Shown here one piece after another: positions 60,001 through 64,000 of a stretch of 64,000 nt of DNA; within the stretch, counting starts at the first letter, position 1, and each line of letters starts with the position of its first letter. The notes below the pieces were generated by a model that made no database searches, was not told the origin of the DNA, and saw only the letters and a list, made by a program, of their open reading frames with translations. This DNA comes from Podarcis melisellensis. Its lineage: Eukaryota. A program made the translations under genes and the position numbers. The DNA lies in the NCBI GenBank assembly GCA_964234715.1, contig OZ174277.1; one strand, written 5' to 3'.

Positions 60001-62215
60001 ACTAACCGTGTTTTTCGCTCTATAAGACGCACCCAACCATAAGACGCACCTAGTTTTTAAGGAGGAAAACAAGGAACAAGAAAGCAATGCAAACCTCTTG
60101 AGCGAAGACGGAGCGCTACTCCCTCTTCGCTCAGGAGGCTTTGCCAGGCTATCTCTGAAGCCAGGAGAGCAAGAGGGATCGGTGCACACCAATCCCTCTT
60201 GCTCTTCTGGTTTCAGCGATAGCTGCGCAGCCTGCATTCGCTCCATAAGACGCACATACATTTCCCCTTTTTAGGAGGGGAAAAGTGTGTCTTATAGAGC
60301 GAAAAATACGGTAGTTCTCAGCTATCTGGCCACCTCCAGGGACCAAAGGACTTGCTTTTTTTTGTCCCCATCTTAAAAAGACAAGAGGAACAAATGACTA
60401 AATTACACCTTTAAACTGAAGTATTTTATGCAAACTAATTTAATTCCATTTTGTCTTAATTATTTACATTTGTGACACATGAAGAATTCAGTGATGTTTG
60501 AGAAAAAGCCAGGAAAAAAAGTCCTTCACAGATATAAAACTTTTCTAAAAAATCTTGTCACAACTGACAAAATGTCCTGTAAATGCTGGCTGATAACTTC
60601 TTGCTTCTTCTTTTGTGGTCTCTGTGCAGTCCCACATATAGGGTCTGTGCCATTAAGTGTGAATTCACTACCAATTAGGGCTAGCCGATAAATGTTTTGG
60701 TCAGAAACCAGCCCATTGCCCTGACGGTGTAGAATTCAAGGGGCTTGGCCCCTCTCCGCTCAGTATCTTCCTGACTACTCCAGCACTGGTATCTGTAAGA
60801 ATTTGTTTTGCTTTTCCCGCCTGAGGAAAGTATGAACTAAACCTGCCTTCTGTTTTTTTCTTTAATTCTATATTCAGCTCTTTTCTTCAGTGCTGTTCTT
60901 TCTGTCTTCAATTTTGCATTTGATGTGGTTTTGTTTATATGCCTCTATGGGTGCTTTCACTGCTTCCAAGCAGATGCTTATAGTGCAGAGGGCAACTTTT
61001 CTGATTTTTTTGGGGTAGCAGTAGGTCATCCCCAACCCTTTAGTATTAGGCAGAACCTCTGTCTTGGCGAGGTTCCCTTGGTAGCACTCCACCAGGCAGG
61101 CGTGTCAAAATCACTCGTCCCAGCTCTGAGCAACATTGTGAGGACAGGCTGTATTGGCAACACAATCTGATGTCTAAACCCACACAGACAACATGACACT
61201 GTTCTGTCCATAGTGTTACTGATGGTCAAGTCTGATCTTGCAGGCCAGGGAGCAGTTACTAGCATTGAGCTTCTGTCACCTAACTTAACTGTGACATCAT
61301 TCTCCTTTTATAAGTGGACCCACTTTGTTTGATGGGACTTACTTCCTAGTAGGTGTGTTTGGAATTGAATGAGTGACAAAGGAATTACTGTATTTTTCAC
61401 TCTATAAGACGCACCAGACCACAAGACGCACCTAGTTTTTGGAGGAGGAAAACAAGAAAAAAAATATTCTGAATCTCAGAAGCCAGAACAGCAAGAGGGA
61501 TCGCTGCGCAGTGAAAGCAGCAATCCCTCTTGCTGTTCTGGCTTCTGGGATAGCTGCACAGCCTGCATTTGCTCCATAAGACACACACACATTTTCCCTT
61601 ACTTTTTAGGAGGGAAAAAGTGAGCAAAAAATACGGTATATAGTTGATTTTGTACACGGGCCTTTCAGTGCACTTTTTTAAAAAATTGCATGAATTGACC
61701 CTAAGTAAAAGAATTAAATACAAGTCCAGCATCCCAAGAAAAGCATGAGGCACTTGATTAATTGTTTTGTGAATTGGGACAGTTGTTTTGCTTGCAAGGA
61801 AAGGCTTGCTTGAAGACTTACTTTTCTAAGCAAAGAGCTAATTTCAGATAATTTGATTTTGCATGTTCCATTTTATTGCATGCAAGGATAATTTGCTGCT
61901 TTACAGACTTTGTTGGTACGATGCATAAATCAAATGCACATGTTTTGCTGCACAGTTCCTTAAATGTTCTGTTATTGTAGTCTATTGACAGAATAAAGTT
62001 GTAGCACCTCCAGTTGTGTTCCTACCTTCCCTTTTTGTTCCTCTCCATTTTTGTGAACTTTTGGTCAGTAGTACCTAACAGTATATGTTGCAACATCAGG
62101 TAATTTCCTCCCTTGCTGAACAAGTAACACAAAATGCTTTTCTTCTGCAGATGTGGAAGCTAACCCAGAAAACAGAAATTCAAAAAGCAGGTCTAGGGAG
62201 CAACAAAGCTCCTAA
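8897..62215 (+). CDS. CCDC88A: Girdin/GIV, spliced CDS, exons 3-32 (exons 1-2 lie upstream of the window)
   Basis: 30 GT-AG exons join in phase (5488 nt; 5487 after the split first codon = 1829 codons including stop). The translation follows Girdin as I recall it: HOOK domain, long coiled coil, GBA motif, SRSREQQSS end. Confidence 0.97.
11165..11560 (-). mobile_element. Old degenerate L2 fragment
   Basis: patchy similarity to the L2 copies at 94 and 50274. Confidence 0.4.
11924..11993 (+). CDS. CCDC88A: Girdin exon 4 ([23 protein letters not shown])
   Basis: tatag|GAG ... CAG|gtaagt, 70 nt. Confidence 0.95.
12235..12985 (+). mobile_element. CpG-rich LTR-like or DIRS/Ngaro-like repeat
   Basis: abrupt GC/CpG rise, AATAAA at 12892, TGTGG...CCACA inverted ends (12263/12984), tttcct on both flanks; class uncertain. 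Confidence 0.5.
13332..13390 (+). CDS. CCDC88A: Girdin exon 5 ([20 protein letters not shown])
   Basis: ttcag|AA ... CAG|gtgagc, 59 nt. Confidence 0.95.
13436..13575 (-). mobile_element. tRNA-derived SINE (family also at 20155-20280 -, 25825-25965 -, 44731-44890 +, 59083-59200 +)
   Basis: shared ...tataaggcagcttcc tail and ggtcccaggttcaat B-box-like head. Confidence 0.6.
13878..13961 (+). CDS. CCDC88A: Girdin exon 6 ([12 protein letters not shown]...AHIQE)
   Basis: tttag|TGT ... GAG|gtatta, 84 nt. Confidence 0.95.
14948..15088 (+). CDS. CCDC88A: Girdin exon 7 ([13 protein letters not shown]...DEHSE)
   Basis: tgcag|GTA ... GAG|gtatgt, 141 nt; inside ORF 14903..15121. Confidence 0.95.
15630..16215 (+). 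mobile_element. Solo LTR-like element
   Basis: TGTCA...TGACA termini, AATAAA at 16136, related inverted copy at 23966-24566; no clear TSD. Confidence 0.65.
16255..16424 (+). CDS. CCDC88A: Girdin exon 8 ([10 protein letters not shown]...[34 protein letters not shown])
   Basis: cttag|ACT ... GCT|gtaagt, 170 nt. Confidence 0.95.
17217..17265 (-). mobile_element. CR1-type 3' tail fragment
   Basis: catagagatggaagggacccagagggtcatctattccaacccc, same tail as at 43550. Confidence 0.55.
19914..20144 (+). mobile_element. Tc1/mariner (Tigger-like) MITE, family A copy 1
   Basis: TA|CAGCAGTACCTTGGGTTAC ... GTAACCTGAGGTAGCACTG|TA. Confidence 0.85.
21415..21870. mobile_element. hAT-like MITE with a nested L2 3' end (about 21515-21645)
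   Basis: TIRs CAGTGGTCCCCAATT / AATTGGGAACCACTG (14 of 15 match); 8-bp TSD not evident. Confidence 0.55.
22371..22452 (+). CDS. CCDC88A: Girdin exon 9 ([13 protein letters not shown]...LQQE)
   Basis: tttag|T ... GAG|gtttgg, 82 nt. Confidence 0.93.
23430..23588 (+). CDS. CCDC88A: Girdin exon 10 ([19 protein letters not shown]...KARVE)
   Basis: gctag|AAT ... GAG|gtgact, 159 nt. Confidence 0.95.
23824..23859. repeat. (GTTT)n microsatellite
   Basis: about 9 units. Confidence 0.9.
23966..24566 (-). mobile_element. Solo LTR-like element, same family as 15630-16215
   Basis: reverse complement begins TGTCATGAACTAGCTGGAGGCAG, compare TGTCATGGACTGGCTGGATGCAG; the other end matches gctcctgccctg. Confidence 0.65.
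24849..25291 (-). mobile_element. Solo LTR-like element, second family
   Basis: minus strand TGTTAG...GTTACA termini, AATAAA on the minus strand near 25073; TSD not matched. Confidence 0.5.
25437..25583 (+). CDS. CCDC88A: Girdin exon 11 ([13 protein letters not shown]...LHDMET)
   Basis: tgtag|GAG ... ACG|gtgagc, 147 nt. Confidence 0.95.
26550..26694 (+). CDS. CCDC88A: Girdin exon 12 ([11 protein letters not shown]...[18 protein letters not shown])
   Basis: ttaag|GAA ... AAG|gtagat, 145 nt. Confidence 0.93.
26920..27144 (+). mobile_element. Tc1/mariner MITE, family A copy 2
   Basis: TA|gAGTGGTACCTCGGGTTA ... TAACCTGAGGTACCACTG|TA. Confidence 0.88.
27469..27653 (+). CDS. CCDC88A: Girdin exon 13 ([22 protein letters not shown]...LSKK)
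   Basis: cacag|CG ... AAG|gtacca, 185 nt. Confidence 0.95.
28959..29096 (+). CDS. CCDC88A: Girdin exon 14 ([12 protein letters not shown]...RENSERQ)
   Basis: tctag|CTG ... CAG|gtaaaa, 138 nt. Confidence 0.95.
29549..29698. mobile_element. pogo/Tc2-like MITE, family B (diverged)
   Basis: CTGTATTTTTCCGTATATAAGAC ... ATCTTATACACAAAAAAATACAG|TA. Confidence 0.7.
30164..30529 (+). mobile_element. 5'-truncated L1-type 3' end with a 19-bp TSD
   Basis: TAAACTTTCATTTCAATTA at 30145-30163 and 30530-30548; AATAAA 30502 followed by an A-rich tail; TT/AAA target. Confidence 0.8.
30554..31624 (+). CDS. CCDC88A: Girdin exon 15, large coiled-coil exon ([15 protein letters not shown]...TLVTLRE)
   Basis: cttag|ATT ... 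GAG|gtaata, 1071 nt; matches ORF 30584..31645. Confidence 0.97.
33358..33485 (+). CDS. CCDC88A: Girdin exon 16 ([17 protein letters not shown]...EQSSDD)
   Basis: taaag|GAT ... TAG|gtgagt, 128 nt. Confidence 0.94.
35041..35135 (-). mobile_element. Extreme 3' tip of the same L2 family as 94-1210
   Basis: (AAT)n then tatatcctgccctccccggccagagccgggctcagggcggctaacac, near-identical to 152-198. Confidence 0.8.
37272..37413 (+). CDS. CCDC88A: Girdin exon 17 ([18 protein letters not shown]...QELKT)
   Basis: aatag|C ... ACA|gtaaaa, 142 nt. Confidence 0.92.
37810..38075 (-). mobile_element. Old degenerate L2 3' fragment
   Basis: atttatttat tail, A-rich UTR complement, ggaagagccttc motif. Confidence 0.35.
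38674..38850 (+). CDS. CCDC88A: Girdin exon 18 ([12 protein letters not shown]...IEVERN)
   Basis: tttag|GTG ... AAT|gtaagt, 177 nt. Confidence 0.95.
39274..39435 (+). CDS. CCDC88A: Girdin exon 19 ([12 protein letters not shown]...QNAKLQ)
   Basis: taaag|AAC ... CAG|gttctg, 162 nt. Confidence 0.93.
39560..39785 (-). mobile_element. Tc1/mariner MITE, family A copy 3 (inverted)
   Basis: TA|CAGTGGTACCTCGGGTTA ... TAACCCGAGGTACCACTG|TA; interior is the reverse complement of copy 2. Confidence 0.9.
40307..40642. mobile_element. Tigger-like MITE, family C
   Basis: TA|CAGGCATCCCCCCCCCACTTAGG ... CCTAAGTGGGGGGACTCCTG|TA. Confidence 0.7.
41060..41337 (+). CDS. CCDC88A: Girdin exon 20 ([17 protein letters not shown]...KDLED)
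   Basis: tgtag|GTA ... CAG|gtgatt, 278 nt. Confidence 0.95.
41516..41659 (+). CDS. CCDC88A: Girdin exon 21 (YNQLLKQK...LCEEND)
   Basis: gacag|A ... CAG|gtaaga, 144 nt. Confidence 0.95.
41973..42159 (+). CDS. CCDC88A: Girdin exon 22 ([11 protein letters not shown]...LNNQCE)
   Basis: tacag|A ... GAG|gtaatg, 187 nt. Confidence 0.95.
42303..43058. mobile_element. Young CpG-rich Tc1/mariner MITE with an internal hairpin array
   Basis: TA|CAGTGGTGCCTCGCAAGACGAA ... TTCGTCTTGTGGGGCACCACTG|TA; subterminal TTCGTCTTGCG repeats. Confidence 0.92.
43550..43691 (-). mobile_element. tRNA-Lys-derived SINE with a CR1-type tail
   Basis: reverse complement TAGTTCAGTCACCAGAGCACGAAACTATTAAATCTTGGGGTCGTGGGTTCAAGCTCC resembles tRNA-Lys; tail ...ccaactctacaattctatgattct. 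Confidence 0.75.
43808..43953 (+). CDS. CCDC88A: Girdin exon 23 ([17 protein letters not shown]...EQRQY)
   Basis: aacag|TTG ... TAT|gtgggt, 146 nt. Confidence 0.94.
44283..44412 (+). mobile_element. CR1 LINE ORF2 C-terminal fragment
   Basis: [18 protein letters not shown]...[17 protein letters not shown] in ORF 44167..44415. Confidence 0.7.
44731..44890 (+). mobile_element. tRNA-derived SINE, near full length
   Basis: A-box-like gtagctcagtgttag, B-box-like ggttcaattcct, tail tataaggcagcttcct. Confidence 0.7.
45169..45261 (+). CDS. CCDC88A: Girdin exon 24 ([30 protein letters not shown])
   Basis: cacag|T ... AAG|gtaatg, 93 nt. Confidence 0.95.
45402..45616 (+). CDS. CCDC88A: Girdin exon 25 ([14 protein letters not shown]...RERLKSLTL Akt-type site...AKKSS)
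   Basis: aaaag|G ... GCA|gtgagt, 215 nt; RxRxxS motif present. Confidence 0.94.
49981..50064 (+). CDS. CCDC88A: Girdin exon 26, frame-neutral cassette ([28 protein letters not shown])
   Basis: long pyrimidine tract, aaaag|TG ... TGT|gtaaga, 84 nt, phase 1-1. Confidence 0.93.
50274..51047 (-). mobile_element. L2-clade LINE 3' fragment, second subfamily
   Basis: ORF 50537..51058: [11 protein letters not shown]...SRLDYCNA...QNAAARLV...LHWLP; (AAT)n tail at 50277-50295. Confidence 0.92.
51815..52018 (+). CDS. CCDC88A: Girdin exon 27 ([15 protein letters not shown]...LLNNK)
   Basis: cccag|CC ... AAG|gtatag, 204 nt. Confidence 0.94.
52288..52359 (+). CDS. CCDC88A: Girdin exon 28 ([24 protein letters not shown])
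   Basis: tttag|AT ... ATG|gtaaga, 72 nt. Confidence 0.94.
53237..53317 (+). CDS. CCDC88A: Girdin exon 29 ([27 protein letters not shown])
   Basis: tttag|CT ... AAG|gtatgc, 81 nt. Confidence 0.95.
54789..55057 (+). CDS. CCDC88A: Girdin exon 30, contains the GBA (Galpha-i binding/activating) motif [18 protein letters not shown] at 54989-55042
   Basis: aag|cag| tandem acceptor ... GAG|gtacgt, 269 nt (266 from the distal AG). Confidence 0.94.
55397..55446 (-). mobile_element. RTE/BovB-type 3' tip
   Basis: reverse complement ggggtcacgaagagggggacatgactaaacgactaaacaaaaacaacaac; GTGAGTC on both flanks (55390, 55451). Confidence 0.7.
56709..57189 (+). CDS. CCDC88A: Girdin exon 31, short form ([15 protein letters not shown]...[29 protein letters not shown]...PSAS)
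   Basis: tgcag|CTC ... CTA|gtgagt, 481 nt, phase 1 matches exon 32. Confidence 0.92.
56709..57731 (+). CDS. CCDC88A: Girdin long isoform (GIV-L) terminal exon: exon 31 read through into intron 31, ending [11 protein letters not shown]
   Basis: ORF 56703..57731 stays open about 180 codons past the donor at 57190 and ends in the Daple/CCDC88C-type PDZ-binding motif. Confidence 0.88.
   Translation, partial: LKSSSQDNLLDEVMKFFSENAELVGRDKLRKQSSGSGGIARSQSVKTTMEFSDGKSAKQGHLTRPSSRRMEDANFANSSKTLTAGTKGRARSVKESVQSQRQSKDCNPYATLPRASSVISTAEGTTRRTSIHDFLSKDTRQPVSIDPTPPTGDRSVPSASSEYNPQQHSSVFHYPPFPSVTSSENDLGRIATLDNSTCKSEKARSSRADKTNSITKTFSCSNVYNEKMGTSTSIIGKLSAVRLSRPFLALNTELVSNVSGLPQMPVSKTTDKTFDSSVKSPQNDHKLPSENQKSSDGRNVEMSQNSGESTPLTHSNASDSKIPSPVSEDTQTVWYEYGCV
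57987..57992 (+). terminator. Candidate intronic poly(A) signal for GIV-L
   Basis: AATAAA about 255 nt after the GIV-L stop, followed by T-rich sequence. Confidence 0.5.
59681..59843 (+). mobile_element. SINE 3' half, Squam3-like (family name from recollection)
   Basis: gggtgaccttgggccagtcac core, L2-like end ggcgggatatcaaatccaaa, (CTT)n tail. Confidence 0.65.
60006..60311 (+). mobile_element. pogo/Tc2-like MITE, family B
   Basis: CCGTGTTTTTCGCTCTATAAGAC ... GTCTTATAGAGCGAAAAATACGG|TA. Confidence 0.88.
61388..61636 (+). mobile_element. pogo/Tc2-like MITE, family B
   Basis: TA|CTGTATTTTTCACTCTATAAGAC ... AAAAAATACGG|TA; interior similar to the 60006 copy. Confidence 0.85.
62151..62215 (+). 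CDS. CCDC88A: Girdin exon 32 coding part ([21 protein letters not shown])
   Basis: ttcttctgcag|AT; TAA at 62213-62215; probable donor GTG|gtgagt after 62252. Confidence 0.95.
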
Positions 62216-63177
62216 TTCTATTACCCCCACTACATGAGATGTGGGCCAAGTGGTGAGTTTTCTGCCCAACATGTAAATGAGATTGCTTTCATTTACAGAG
62301 GAGTAAAAAACTAACATTTATAAATGAAAACAAGCGCAATTTGCATTAACAGTTGTCCGTACCGCTTGCATTAAATGGCTCACTATCTTGCTTACTGTAT
62401 TCAAGCTAAGCCAGCATGTGACACTTATTTATCTACCCAGGCATGGAGTGTCCAGTCTTCTAAATCCACCTTGCTTTTCTCATATATGTCTCCAATAATA
62501 AATCACAGTGTATAGTAGCAAGTCACTATCCAAAAAATGACAATGCGTTGTTCATTTGGGGACTCCTGTGCAATCCTGTGCCAGTGTAACCTTTATGTTA
62601 ACTGCCTCTGAAGAGCCAGCTGTATTATACTGCTCATTTTTATACTGGTCATTTTCTCAAGCATATCCATTTTGAGGCTACAATAATACCCATTTTAGAA
62701 CGTGATATATGATCAGAGCCATGCAGACTCCATAGAAACAGATTTTTAAAAAAAAAAATTACACCCAGAAACAGTTTAAGTTTTGTGGTTCTGGATTCTG
62801 CGAATTAAATAAATTAAGCGCAGTGCTTCTTATTTTATTTAACTGTCATTTTTACTATTTTGCTTGATTTATTTCAGTTATGTTGAGGGCACAGAAGTAT
62901 CCCAGGCCCTTTGTGTACATTGGGAATGCTGTTCAGCCCCCCACCCCTCCAGTTCCAGAAAAACTTGTTTTCAAGCATATCTTTGCAGTCCTAAGGACTT
63001 GAAACCCTATCTTTAAAAAAACAGCCATGAATTATTATCAAACTTGAGTTCTACCCCAAGCAGCACCACTTGTGCTTTCTTCTCTGTCAATCACAGAGAC
63101 TTCCAGAGACTTCCAGATTTCCAGACTACACAGCCCTGTATAGTATGCATGTAAAAGCATAGCTACAGGAATTGAAA

Positions 63178-63260
63178 GGCTGCAATCCTATACACATTTA
63201 CATGTAAGTCCTATTGAAAATAATGGGACTTGTTTCTGGGTAATCATGTATAGGATTCAA
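63178..63260. repeat. Short palindromic dispersed repeat (relatives near 3243, 4972, 11720, 58270, 61310)
   Basis: ggctgcaatcctatac...cctattgaaaataatggg...tgtataggatt imperfect palindrome, recurring in the window. Confidence 0.55.
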
Positions 63261-63458
63261 TTATAACAGTGGTGCCCAGATGCCATTATATAATATTTTA
63301 CTCTTGGCATTCTGTCTCCCTTCTTCTTAATCATTGCTTAAACCATTTCTATTGTGTCCTCCTAGTTCTTGTAGTCACTTTACTTTTTTATATCTCTTCT
63401 ATATCCTTTTAAGCTTTTCTTACGTTTACTTCTCTTTCTACTTTTCACTTGAACACAG

Positions 63459-64000
63459 AGAGAAAAGTGTCCTTCAGTATCTCAGTGTGAAGCCTTTATT
63501 ACTGAAGTAACAAGGCATCCGGCTATAGGAATCATGTTGTGTTTTTAAAAATAGTTGAAGGTTTTTACAGGCCGACATGAATCGAACAATCAAGAAATAT
63601 GCATCTTCTTTCCTTGAATCAAGGAGCTGTGCTGGTGTCTCCTGCTGAATTTTTTTAAAGAAGGAATTTATTGCACATTGCACTGTTAAGATCTACTGAA
63701 TAAAGGACAGCTTTAACCTCTCTAACGACCAAGGGTTGTATGGCCTCAAGATTTGCTCCAGGAACTCAATTGCTTTTTTTTCTTCATTCCTTTATGAACC
63801 CTAGTCATCAACTGCTTACTGCTTCTGCTAATAATTAGCAATATTTAGTTCTGTAAATCTGAAAGGGGAGAAGGCTGTAGTATATTGTGGAATTTGTTGT
63901 AAATACAGGTACAAAAATGAACCCCTCAAGCTTATTTTATTGGTTTGCATAATTTGCATGATGTTGCTCTTTGTAAAATGCTGGTTATTTTGGTGCAAAT
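63459..64000 (+). other. CCDC88A: Probable final non-coding exon (3'UTR), running past the window end
   Basis: about 150-nt pyrimidine tract (63300-63450) then acacag|AGAGAAAAG; pairs with the donor at 62253. Confidence 0.7.

Overview
Vertebrate genomic DNA, most likely a squamate reptile (probably a lacertid lizard, judged from the repeat landscape). The whole window lies within one + strand gene, CCDC88A (Girdin/GIV), from intron 2 to the start of the 3'UTR exon. I reconstructed 30 coding exons (exons 3-32, numbered from my recollection of the human gene). All introns are GT-AG, the phases are consistent, and the exons sum to 5488 nt in one frame ending ...SRSREQQSS* at 62215. Read-through of the exon-31 donor gives a second C-terminus ending in a Daple-type PDZ-binding motif (VWYEYGCV*, the GIV-L form). 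Introns carry L2, CR1, L1 and RTE fragments, tRNA-derived SINEs, Tc1/mariner and hAT MITEs, solo-LTR-like elements and a Penelope remnant. Main leads: (1) a candidate microexon cassette (14, 13 and 7/4 nt) in intron 25 whose pairings either restore the frame or introduce a stop; (2) an RBFOX-motif cluster and intronic poly(A) signal behind the GIV-L stop; (3) an L1 insertion whose 19-bp target duplication copied the exon-15 acceptor tract; (4) loss of mammalian C-terminal signalling residues while the G-protein (GBA) motif is intact. No prokaryote-type systems or intact RNA genes were seen. Splicing predictions are untested inferences, and comparisons with the human protein are from memory.
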